NCBI GenBank assembly: GCA_947476405.1
Contig: CANJQG010000003.1
Location: 4 to 64,003, forward strand
Reading direction: 5' to 3'
Length of the DNA: 64,000 nucleotides
Source of the DNA: Thiotrichales bacterium
GTDB lineage: Bacteria; Pseudomonadota; Gammaproteobacteria; Francisellales; CACEW01
Shown here: positions 17,939 to 26,906 of the stretch, one piece after another
How the letters are laid out: the number at the start of each line of letters is the position of its first letter
Position numbering within the stretch: position 1 is the stretch's first letter
Notes under the pieces: generated by a model
The model's database searches: none
The model's input: only the letters and a program-made list of their open reading frames with translations
Told to the model about the DNA's origin: nothing
Translations under genes and position numbers: made by a program

Positions 17939-19603
17939 TCAGCGTCTAAAAACTACATGCAAAATTTTCTCGAATATACTCACAATCAGCCAAGTATAAT
18001 TCACAGTGCCCTTCATCCACTGTATAGTGGTTTTGCCTTCCATGAGGCGATCCAAACTTTCTTGGATCAGATGCTCCGTGACGGAATCTAAGGCACTGGT
18101 CGCTTCATCCAAAATCAAAATAGGTGCGTTTTTAAGCATGGCGCGGGCAATGGCAATGCGCTGACGTTGACCACCTGAAAGCTTAACGCCTCGCTCACCC
18201 ACCAGGGCTTGATAGCCCTCTGGCAAGGTCATGATAAATTCATCGGCATGTGCGGCTTGGGCGGCTAAAATCACCTCTGCTTCCGTGGCCTCAGGCTTGG
18301 CATAGCGGATATTTTCCAAAATACTGCGATGAAATAGCGTCGGGTCTTGGGGAATAAAGCTCACCGATTGGCGCAAGCTATTCTGATCCACTTGGGCGAT
18401 ATCCTGCCCATCAATCAAAATTCGGCCACTTTGTAAATCAAAGAGTCGTAATATCAAATGCGCAAATGTGGTTTTTCCTGAACCGGAATAGCCAACCAAG
18501 CCCACCTTTTCACCCGCTTGAATTTGAACGTTTAATCGATTGAATAAAGGCGTATTTTCTCGATATTGAAAGGTCGCATTTTCAAACACAATCTCACCTT
18601 GCTTCACCTGCATCAATGCGGCTTGATTCACATCCAGCAAATTAGGCGTATCTGTGGTTAAACGTAAACCCTGTGTGACCTTCCCAATCTGCTCCGAAAA
18701 CTCATTAAAGCGCTGCCCAATCTGCCACAAATTATCCACAATATAGATATTAATCGTCAGTGAAAAAGAAAAGTCACCAATCGTAATCAGCCCGCGCCCA
18801 CGCAGATAAATCAAAGCACCCAGTGTCACACTTTGCATGATTGCAAAAGAGACGCTTTGAAACGAAAACAGCTTAATCAGCAGCCATTCAAAAGCCCGTT
18901 CACTCTTCACAATATTCTGGGTTTTATCGTGAATGAGCTGACTCTCTAGCTTTTGATTGGTAAACAAGCGCACCACATTCATATTGCCCAGAATATCAAC
19001 AATCGTACCGGTCATTTGGCTCCGAAATTCTGAAGTCTGATCAGACAAGACATGGGCTTTTTTAGCCAGCATCCAGGAGCCAGACAAAAACAAGACTACC
19101 CATACAAAAAAGATCGTCGCAATCAACGGATTAATAAAAATCAAAGCCGTACTCGCAGCTACCAACATCATGGCATTCCCTACAAACGAATCCACCATAA
19201 TCGTCACAATTTGGGCCACACCGAGGGCCACATCATTGACTTTATTGGCCAGGGTCCCGGCAAATTGGTTTTGATAAAATTGATAGGATTGTGTCAGCAA
19301 ACGGTTGGTCAATTCACGGGTGATATTGGCTTTGAGCTTAGGGATTAAATCCCGCATGATAAAATTCCATACTCTAAAAATCAGCATCACGCCCATCGAT
19401 GCCGCCACATACCAAATCGCCAAAGGCACCAGGATATGCGCTGCATCTGCAGCAGGTGCGGCACTCATTCGATCCAGCATTAGCTTAATTAAATACGGCC
19501 GAAAGCATAGATCCAGCGACCAAATTAAGCAGATCAGCAACAAGCCGACAATATGCCAGCGAAACGGCTTGAGATGATGTAAAATAAACTGCGAGGATTT
19601 CAT
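17939..19603 (-). CDS. ABC exporter, fused permease/ATPase (MsbA-like), C-terminus aberrant
   Basis: Six-TM N-terminal domain, Walker A GYSGSGKTT, signature LSGGQRQR and Walker B ILILDEATSALD. After GKTTI the expected IAHRLST H-loop is missing and the ORF ends in unrelated sequence. Confidence 0.75.
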   Translation of the reverse strand: MKSSQFILHHLKPFRWHIVGLLLICLIWSLDLCFRPYLIKLMLDRMSAAPAADAAHILVPLAIWYVAASMGVMLIFRVWNFIMRDLIPKLKANITRELTNRLLTQSYQFYQNQFAGTLANKVNDVALGVAQIVTIMVDSFVGNAMMLVAASTALIFINPLIATIFFVWVVLFLSGSWMLAKKAHVLSDQTSEFRSQMTGTIVDILGNMNVVRLFTNQKLESQLIHDKTQNIVKSERAFEWLLIKLFSFQSVSFAIMQSVTLGALIYLRGRGLITIGDFSFSLTINIYIVDNLWQIGQRFNEFSEQIGKVTQGLRLTTDTPNLLDVNQAALMQVKQGEIVFENATFQYRENTPLFNRLNVQIQAGEKVGLVGYSGSGKTTFAHLILRLFDLQSGRILIDGQDIAQVDQNSLRQSVSFIPQDPTLFHRSILENIRYAKPEATEAEVILAAQAAHADEFIMTLPEGYQALVGERGVKLSGGQRQRIAIARAMLKNAPILILDEATSALDSVTEHLIQESLDRLMEGKTTIQWMKGTVNYTWLIVSIFEKILHVVFRR

Positions 19604-19692
19604 AAAAAGTATTATATCATAATTTTATGCAGGAATACATCTCGCTTAAGGTCCAGATTCTATCACCTCAGGATGTTACATTCAATTGATTC

Positions 19693-20058
19693 TTAAAAAT
19701 GCACCGCCATCGTCTCCAGCTCCACCACAGAAACAGGTGGCTGCCCCTCTGCTAATTGATGACCTTTCGCTGATACATAGCCATTCGCCCTCAAATGTTT
19801 TAAAAAGGCCACCCGATCTCTGGGATTGGTAAACTCCCCTGCAAATACACGCATGCCCGCTTTGCAGAAGGGTGTCAAGCTGGGATGACGGCCTGGCTCT
19901 GGCTTAAACCAATGGCCTTGACCCCCACCCCTTAAGTCATGTCCATCCTCAATAAAATCCGCCGTCAATTGCTCAATATCCGTATCATCTGGGTCTGTGG
20001 CATAACCGGCCTCTTCAACAGGCACAACAGGGCGTGCAGCAGCTTCTTGCACGGCCAA
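19693..20058 (-). CDS. Hypothetical protein, possibly a gene fragment
   Basis: ORF only, opening with TTG. No motif recognised. Visibly more G+C-rich than its neighbours. Confidence 0.3.
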   Translation of the reverse strand: MAVQEAAARPVVPVEEAGYATDPDDTDIEQLTADFIEDGHDLRGGGQGHWFKPEPGRHPSLTPFCKAGMRVFAGEFTNPRDRVAFLKHLRANGYVSAKGHQLAEGQPPVSVVELETMAVHF

Positions 20059-20219
20059 CTCCAGCGTTGCTGCATGCGCTATAATCTACCACCAATTATA
20101 CCACTACGCAACTTGGATTCTGCTGAACTTAGGCGAACGACTGCGAACCCAAACTTGGCTTGAACGCTTTATTTTATAAGGCTTTGTGAACTTCTTTGAA
20201 CTTACCTGAACGGTATGAA

Positions 20220-20295
20220 TGGTGTCCCTAAGGGGATTCGAACCCCTGTCGCCGCCGTGAAAGGGCAGTGTCCTAGGCCTCTAGACGATAGGGAC
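20220..20295 (-). tRNA. tRNA-Glu (anticodon UUC)
   Basis: The reverse complement GTCCCTATCGTCTAGAGGCCTAGGACACTGCCCTTTCACGGCGGCGACAGGGGTTCGAATCCCCTTAGGGACACCA folds as a cloverleaf with loop CTTTCAC. It is near-identical in layout to E. coli tRNA-Glu. Confidence 0.95.
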
Positions 20296-20309
20296 AAACA
20301 GTATCTTCT

Positions 20310-20385
<76 letters not shown>

Positions 20386-20398
20386 GAAGAAGGTGCCT

Positions 20399-20427
20399 AT
20401 ATTAAACATCTTTGCGCACCAAGTCAA
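20399..20427 (-). promoter_or_regulatory. Sigma70 promoter of the tRNA-Ala/tRNA-Glu operon
   Basis: On the minus strand: TTGACT, a 17-nt spacer, then TAATAT, ending 13 nt before the tRNA-Ala 5-prime end. Confidence 0.6.
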
Positions 20428-20550
20428 GCACTTTGCGCCCCTTTAAGCAAAAATATTTATTTGCATTTTGTAACACTATTTAAAGCCTCTTAAAAATCAG
20501 GCATAATCAAAACCTAATCACTTAAGCAATCATTCTGCAAGGCGGCTTCG

Positions 20551-21504
20551 ATGCACCAGATCCCTTCAATCGCTCACAGCACACTATGGATCAGTTTTAG
20601 CTTTTTAGTGATCGCGATGTTTGTCGTGGATTTATTCTGTTTCGGCGGCAATAAGGCTCATGCGCCATCGATTAAAAAAGCGCTGGCCTTCAGTCTATTT
20701 TGGATTCTCCTGGCACTTTTATTTAATTTAGGACTTTGGATCTACCTTAATCAAATTCAAGGAAGCGCGGTTGCAGATATAAGCGCACTCAATTTTTTGA
20801 CCGGTTACTTAGTTGAAAAATCGCTTTCCATCGACAATCTATTTATCTTTTTGATGATTTTTACTTCTTTTAAAATTCCAGCTAATCTACAAAAACGTGT
20901 TTTCACTTATGGCATTCTGGGTGCTATTATTTTACGTGGCATCATGATTGCACTGGGCGCAACCCTGGTCAGTGAATTTGCCTGGATCCTTTATATCTTC
21001 GGGGCTTTTTTGTTTTTGACAGGAATCAAAATGGCCTTTAGCAAAACGGCACATCACGAAATTAAAGAGGGCCTTTTTATTCGCCTCTGCAAAAAATATA
21101 TGCGCATCACGGATGGATTGCGCGGCCAACTTTTTTTCATTATCGAACGAGGACTTCTTTATGCCACACCACTGTTTTTGGTACTGCTGCTGATTGAGTT
21201 TTCTGATCTTGCCTTTGCAACAGATAGCATTCCCGCGATTTTTGCCATCACCCAGGACCCTTTTATTATTTTCAGCTCTAATATTTTTGCGATTCTGGGG
21301 TTGCGAGCCCTGTATTTTGTCCTAGCGGGCATGCTGTCACGATTTGCATATCTCCATTATGGCCTCGCGCTCATTTTGACCTTAATTGGCGTAAAATTAC
21401 TGATTGCACCGTTTTATCATATTTCTTCTGTGGTCACTTTGCTCAGCGTATTTGTAATTTTGCTCGGCAGTGTTATGCTAAGCCTATTCTTTCCTAAAAA
21501 ATAA
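20551..21504 (+). CDS. TerC/Alx-family integral membrane protein
   Basis: Multi-TM protein with FLTGYLVEKSLSIDNLFIF and EFSDLAFATDSIPAIFAIT motifs. Confidence 0.8.
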   Translation: MHQIPSIAHSTLWISFSFLVIAMFVVDLFCFGGNKAHAPSIKKALAFSLFWILLALLFNLGLWIYLNQIQGSAVADISALNFLTGYLVEKSLSIDNLFIFLMIFTSFKIPANLQKRVFTYGILGAIILRGIMIALGATLVSEFAWILYIFGAFLFLTGIKMAFSKTAHHEIKEGLFIRLCKKYMRITDGLRGQLFFIIERGLLYATPLFLVLLLIEFSDLAFATDSIPAIFAITQDPFIIFSSNIFAILGLRALYFVLAGMLSRFAYLHYGLALILTLIGVKLLIAPFYHISSVVTLLSVFVILLGSVMLSLFFPKK

Positions 21505-21513
21505 TGCCCCCTT

Positions 21514-22581
21514 ATGCACACTTTTTTCATGAAAAAATCATTGGAACTTGCTTATTTAGGTCGTTACGGCACTCACCCTAATCCAATGGTAGGCTGCGTC
21601 ATTGTTAAAAATAATCATATGATTGGCCACGGTTATCATCAAAAAAGAGGTGAAGCCCATGCTGAAATTCATGCCCTCAAATCAGCCGGCCCTCACGCAG
21701 AAGGTTCAATTGCTTATGTCACCCTAGAACCTTGCTGCCATTTTGGATTAACCCCGCCCTGTACCGCAGCCCTGATTTCTGCGGGAATCGCAGAAGTCTT
21801 TGTTGCAAGCCTTGACCCCAATCCATTTATGCAAGGAAAAGGCGTTGCAGCGCTGCGTGCAGCAGGCATCAGAGTTCATATTGGCTTATGCGAAGAAGAA
21901 GCGCGTCATCTCAATCGCGCATTTTTTCATTATATCACCCATAAAACACCCTATCTTATTGGAAAATGGGCTTGCTCCCTTGATGGACAGATGAGCACGC
22001 ATCCACATGATACGCGCACTCTATCCAACCCTGAAAGCTTGATGGATCTACATGACCTGCGCCACCAAACGCCTGCTATTTTGATTGGAGCCCGAACCGC
22101 TGAAATCGATAATCCATCGCTGACTGTACGGCATTACGGCGAAAAAGTTCGCCATCCACAACGTATCGTCTTGAACAGCAAAGCTAATCTTTCTCCTGAT
22201 TTAAAATTATTTAATGGAACACTACCCAATCAAACTTGGCTATTTTGCAGCGAAGCCGTCCATGCCAGCACCTCAGCCCGCTTTTCAGCTGAAACAACTC
22301 AAATCTTTACCTGCCCAAGCTTCGATCATCATTTAGATTTACGGACCGTCTTACACATTTTGGGTCAAAAAGAAATATCGAGTGTTTTAGTAGAAGGCGG
22401 GCGCACATTGCTTCATTCTTTTTTCCAACAACAGCTGATCCAAGAAGTCGTCAGCTATCATACGCCCTGGATCATTGCAGGCATTGAGCAGAAGCAAGCC
22501 GTGACACAACTATCTTGCACAGAACTTGGAAATAATTATAAAATACAGGGCCTGATTAAAGCAAAAACTGCAAGGCAATAA
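21514..22581 (+). CDS. ribD: Bifunctional riboflavin biosynthesis deaminase/reductase RibD
   Basis: Deaminase motifs HAEIHAL and PCCHFGLTPPC, followed by the reductase domain. Confidence 0.9.
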   Translation: MHTFFMKKSLELAYLGRYGTHPNPMVGCVIVKNNHMIGHGYHQKRGEAHAEIHALKSAGPHAEGSIAYVTLEPCCHFGLTPPCTAALISAGIAEVFVASLDPNPFMQGKGVAALRAAGIRVHIGLCEEEARHLNRAFFHYITHKTPYLIGKWACSLDGQMSTHPHDTRTLSNPESLMDLHDLRHQTPAILIGARTAEIDNPSLTVRHYGEKVRHPQRIVLNSKANLSPDLKLFNGTLPNQTWLFCSEAVHASTSARFSAETTQIFTCPSFDHHLDLRTVLHILGQKEISSVLVEGGRTLLHSFFQQQLIQEVVSYHTPWIIAGIEQKQAVTQLSCTELGNNYKIQGLIKAKTARQ

Positions 22582-23353
22582 TAAAAAGAATAATAGCATA
22601 AGCTTTTTTCAAAAGTGCACTCTTAAATCGCGCACCCAAAGCAGTGCCAATCGGAGCAAAAAAAAGTCCCCCAATCATTGCAAATAAAATTGCGGGCCAA
22701 TATAAATAGCCAGTACTATACGGTACAGATAGATGATCATGCAGGCCAACAATCAAAAAATTAAGCGCCCCAACCAAGGCAACAGGAATAATGAGCGTCG
22801 CTGAAGTCCCCGCCGCTCGATGCATTGTCACACCAAAAGCAGTTAAGACAGGAATAATCAAAACGCCTCCGCCCACTCCTAACAAACCCGAACAGACACC
22901 AATTAAAATCGCAATCAAAAGAAGAATGATGTGATGGGGAAGCCGCACTTTACATTCCTCTACCGGAGGTTGATCTTTTCCAAAAAATAAGCGCAACGAA
23001 ATAATCAGCAATAAAATTCCAAATAGAATCTCCAAAAGCGACGTTTTAAAAATCGCAGCCAGACTTGAACCCAATAACACCCCAATCACCATCCCAGGCA
23101 ATATTTTTTTAACCGCAGCAAAATCGACATTGCCGCGCTGATAATGGGAATAACTCGAAATCATGGACGTCACGGCCATAATCGCCAAAGACCCTGCAAT
23201 TGCAAAATGCATCGTCAAATCCAAAGGGATCCCTACCCTAGAAAAAATCCACACAAACGCAGGAACGATCAAAATCCCACCGCCTACGCCCAGCAATCCA
23301 GATAATAACCCTGTCAGTGCGCCTACAATTAAATACAATGGAATCATCATCAT
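22556..23353 (-). CDS. TauE/SafE-family anion exporter
   Basis: Eight-TM protein with repeated GLLGVGGG motifs. Confidence 0.8.
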   Translation of the reverse strand: MMMIPLYLIVGALTGLLSGLLGVGGGILIVPAFVWIFSRVGIPLDLTMHFAIAGSLAIMAVTSMISSYSHYQRGNVDFAAVKKILPGMVIGVLLGSSLAAIFKTSLLEILFGILLLIISLRLFFGKDQPPVEECKVRLPHHIILLLIAILIGVCSGLLGVGGGVLIIPVLTAFGVTMHRAAGTSATLIIPVALVGALNFLIVGLHDHLSVPYSTGYLYWPAILFAMIGGLFFAPIGTALGARFKSALLKKAYAIILFIIALQFLL

Positions 23354-23889
23354 GATGCCTTTCCTTTTTTCTTTGATTTAGTGATCGCATAATTTTTCAA
23401 AAGTGTAAAAATCGCCAACAACAACAAACAAGCAAACATAATAGCCGACCAGCTGGCCATACTTAACCCAATAAATCGCCACGTTACCACCGCACAATCA
23501 CTGGAGCCCGCCCATACCACTTGGGCCACCCGTGTCAGGGAAAACTCTTGAAGTAAAAAATTAATCCCTGGGCCGCAGGTCGTGACCTGACCGGCAGGCA
23601 AATTTTGCAACCATACCTGCCTCAACGCCACGGTTAATCCTGCAATCACCACTGGGATTTGAAAAAACGCATAAAATCGAGCACCCCAAGTACTTGGATT
23701 ATGAATAATAGCAATCAAGGCAATTAAGCCATAACTGATATACGCCACGCGCTGAAAAATGCACAATGAACAAGGCTCAAACCCCTGAAAAAACTGATAG
23801 TACAAGGCAGTACCCATGCCAAAAAGCACCAAAAACAAACCATAAACAAAAAGGGCTTTGCCCGTCAATAAACGTTGGAACATCATCAT
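23350..23889 (-). CDS. dsbB: Disulfide bond formation protein DsbB
   Basis: Four-TM protein with CSLC in the first periplasmic loop and a second Cys pair (TCGPG ... SSDCAVV). Confidence 0.8.
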   Translation of the reverse strand: MMMFQRLLTGKALFVYGLFLVLFGMGTALYYQFFQGFEPCSLCIFQRVAYISYGLIALIAIIHNPSTWGARFYAFFQIPVVIAGLTVALRQVWLQNLPAGQVTTCGPGINFLLQEFSLTRVAQVVWAGSSDCAVVTWRFIGLSMASWSAIMFACLLLLAIFTLLKNYAITKSKKKGKAS

Positions 23890-24131
23890 TTAATCTAAAT
23901 AATTTGTGCCATTATACCTTACTTTTCACAAAATCACACCGCCCCCTGCACTCAACCCTCCTATTGAAAAAACATGACCTTTCACAACAAGAAATAATAA
24001 AATACAATAAAAAAACATTGTTTTATTTTAAAAAAGTGGTCGCTGCGCACAGACCTTTTGAAGCCAATAACAGAATTGCTTGAACAGGCTAATTCCCCTA
24101 AACTGGGGCACCTCTTTCAAACCTGAAAATC

Positions 24132-26783
24132 ATGCCCCTTTTACTTGTTGATGGCTCTTCTTATTTATTCCGCGCTTATCATGCCCTACCGAATTTTACC
24201 AACAAAAAAGGCTTTCCCACCGGAGCCATTTTTGGCGTTTTGAATATGTTGCGCAAGCTAAAGGAAGATTTTGCAGATCATTCTGAAATTCTGATTGTAT
24301 TTGATGCCAAGGGCAAAAATTTTCGCCACGCTCTTTATCCGGAATACAAAGCCAATCGCAGTGCTATGGCAGAGGATCTTGCTGTACAAATCCAACCCCT
24401 ACACCAATTAATTGAATTATTGGGATTTCCGCTGTATCAAAAGTCAGGGGTGGAAGCAGATGATGTCATCGGCTCCCTGGCCACACAGTACGCCATACAA
24501 AATAAAGAAGTCCTGATTATCTCTGGCGATAAAGATCTCGCACAACTGCTGGGCCCGCACGTCCGCATTATTGATACCATGAAAAATATTGAAATCAACG
24601 ATGCACATCTGCTAGAAAAATTTGGAGTCTGTTCTGATAAAATCATTGACCTCTTATCGCTGACGGGAGACACCAGTGACAATGTCCCAGGCATTCCAGG
24701 CGTGGGGCCTAAAACTGCGGCAAAATGGCTTAATGAATATGGTTCGTTACAAGGCATCATCAACCACCTCGATCAAATCAAAGGAAAAGTCGGCGAAAAT
24801 CTCAAAGCCCATCAAAATCAGCTTTCCCTCGCAAAAGAGCTCATTACTATTAAAACCGATCTGGACCTACACGACTTGCCTAGCTTTATTTTTGGCATCC
24901 CAAAACGAGAATCTTTAATTCCGCTATTACAAGAATATAGCCTAGACTCATGGCTGAAAATTCTGAATACGCACGCCACCCCCATTGAAACCAAAACGCA
25001 GGAAACCCACTATCACCTGATCAATACCGATCAAAGCCTACAGCAATTTATAAAGCGACTGCATCAAGAACCCTATTTTGCTTTTGACACAGAAACCAAT
25101 GGCCTCGACGCACTTCAAGCCGATTTAGTCGGCATTTCCTTTTCATTTAAAAATGCAGAAGCTTATTTTATCCCAATTAAACATGATACGCCGGTTTTAA
25201 AAAATGCACTGAGCTTGCTTGCCCCGATTTTTGCGGACCCCCTCATCGGGAAAATTGCCCACAATGCAAAATTCGATTTGAAAGTGCTGCACTCTCATGG
25301 CCTCAATGTCCACGGCATTTTATTCGATACCCTGCTGGCGGCTTATTTATTAAATAGTGGCAGCAAAAATGATCTGCATTCTCTTTCTCTGCGTGAACTG
25401 GGCCTCAATGGTATGCAATATGAGGATTTGGTGGGCACTGGCCGCAAACAAATTCCCATCGAAAGCGTTCCCCTCAATACACTCAGTCATTATGCCTGTG
25501 AAGATGCGGACTTCACCTGGCAATTGTATGAGAAAATGCGCCTTAAACTCGAGGCAAATCCACGCCTCAATCAAGTTTTTAACACATTAGAAATGCCTCT
25601 TTTCGAAGTCCTCGCCAATATGGAAGAATATGGCGTTCTGATTGACGCCACACAGCTCCATGCTTTGAGCCAAGCCTGGGGCACTCGCCTACACCAAATC
25701 GCTGAGGAAATTTTCAGGGAAACCGCACTCAACTTTAATTTGAACTCCCCCAAACAGCTGATCCATATTTTATACGAAAAACTCAATCTACCTGCAACCC
25801 ACAAAACACCGAAAGGAGAGCCGTCTACCAATGAAGCCGCTTTACAGGATTTAGCGCACCTGCATCCTGTGCCCAAATTACTTTTGGAGCATCGCCATCT
25901 CTCCAAATTGAAAAACACCTATACCGATAAATTACCTGGGCTGATTCATGCCAAAACAGGTCGGATTCATACCCAATATCAGCAAGCCGTTGTTGCCACA
26001 GGGCGCCTCTCATCCAGCGATCCCAATCTGCAGAATATTCCATTTAAAACCACAGAAGGAAAAAAAATTCGTGCGGCCTTTATTGCAGCCCCTCACTGTG
26101 TTTTAATTTCAGCAGATTATTCTCAAGTCGAACTTCGAATTATGGCCCATTTTTCAGGAGATATCGGCCTCATTCAAGCCTTTCAAGACGGCAAAGATAT
26201 TCATCGGGCTACCGCAGCAGAGGTATTGAGCATTCCAGAATCAGAGATTACCTCAGACCAACGCCGCCAAGCCAAAGCCGTGAACTTTGGCCTCATTTAT
26301 GGCATGTCGTCTTTCGGCCTTGCCCAACAATTACAAATCAGCCGCAAAGACGCAGACACCTATATCAAGCGCTATTTCGAGCGCTATCCCGGCGTCCTTC
26401 AATACATGGAAGCCACGCGCTTGTTGGCCCACGAGAAAGGCTATGTCGAAACGTTAATGGGCCGTCGTTTAGATCTCCCAAAAATAAACAGCCGCAATAT
26501 CATGGAGAAAAAAGGCGCCGAACGTGCGGCCATCAATGCCCCCATGCAAGGAACCGCAGCGGATATCATCAAAAAAGCCATGATTGATTTCTGGCAATGG
26601 CAAAACACACATCCCGAATTCCATACGCATCTCACCATGCAAGTTCATGATGAACTCATCGTTGAAACACCCGAAATCTACGCCGAAATAGTGACAGCTC
26701 AATTGAAATACATTATGGAAAATGTCATTCAATTAAAAGTGCCGCTCCTGGTAGATATCGAATGCGCTCATAGCTGGGCTTAA
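24132..26783 (+). CDS. polA: DNA polymerase I
   Basis: 883 aa. 5-prime nuclease N-terminus (LLVDGSSYLFRAYHA), 3-prime-5-prime exonuclease (FDTETNGLD) and polymerase motifs (DYSQVELRIMAH, QVHDEL). Confidence 0.97.
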   Translation: MPLLLVDGSSYLFRAYHALPNFTNKKGFPTGAIFGVLNMLRKLKEDFADHSEILIVFDAKGKNFRHALYPEYKANRSAMAEDLAVQIQPLHQLIELLGFPLYQKSGVEADDVIGSLATQYAIQNKEVLIISGDKDLAQLLGPHVRIIDTMKNIEINDAHLLEKFGVCSDKIIDLLSLTGDTSDNVPGIPGVGPKTAAKWLNEYGSLQGIINHLDQIKGKVGENLKAHQNQLSLAKELITIKTDLDLHDLPSFIFGIPKRESLIPLLQEYSLDSWLKILNTHATPIETKTQETHYHLINTDQSLQQFIKRLHQEPYFAFDTETNGLDALQADLVGISFSFKNAEAYFIPIKHDTPVLKNALSLLAPIFADPLIGKIAHNAKFDLKVLHSHGLNVHGILFDTLLAAYLLNSGSKNDLHSLSLRELGLNGMQYEDLVGTGRKQIPIESVPLNTLSHYACEDADFTWQLYEKMRLKLEANPRLNQVFNTLEMPLFEVLANMEEYGVLIDATQLHALSQAWGTRLHQIAEEIFRETALNFNLNSPKQLIHILYEKLNLPATHKTPKGEPSTNEAALQDLAHLHPVPKLLLEHRHLSKLKNTYTDKLPGLIHAKTGRIHTQYQQAVVATGRLSSSDPNLQNIPFKTTEGKKIRAAFIAAPHCVLISADYSQVELRIMAHFSGDIGLIQAFQDGKDIHRATAAEVLSIPESEITSDQRRQAKAVNFGLIYGMSSFGLAQQLQISRKDADTYIKRYFERYPGVLQYMEATRLLAHEKGYVETLMGRRLDLPKINSRNIMEKKGAERAAINAPMQGTAADIIKKAMIDFWQWQNTHPEFHTHLTMQVHDELIVETPEIYAEIVTAQLKYIMENVIQLKVPLLVDIECAHSWA

Positions 26784-26906
26784 GCTTTGAATCGGAGAAC
26801 AAAGTAGCGAAGGCTGTTTTAGGCCTTTGCGATATAATCTGTCCATGAGCCTCAAAATTTGCTACAATCATTAGACTTAAAATAATCAGGTCATGTTGAA
26901 ATAAAA

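Noticed and set aside
19655-19675. GATGTTACA, identical to part of the IS1202-like terminal motif, considered as a possible solo IS end.
   Set aside because: Only a 9-mer matches, which is expected by chance in 64 kb on two strands. The flanking bases do not match the inverted repeat.
20100-20165. A GCGAACCC-containing stretch resembling a minus-strand T-arm, considered as a possible tRNA fragment or att repeat.
   Set aside because: No T-loop consensus, no acceptor stem and no match to the tRNA-Leu fragment.
20440-20550. Mn-sensing yybP-ykoY riboswitch upstream of the TerC/Alx-family gene.
   Set aside because: The leader is only about 110 nt, and I could not find the conserved GGGGAGUAG or GAGAC elements.
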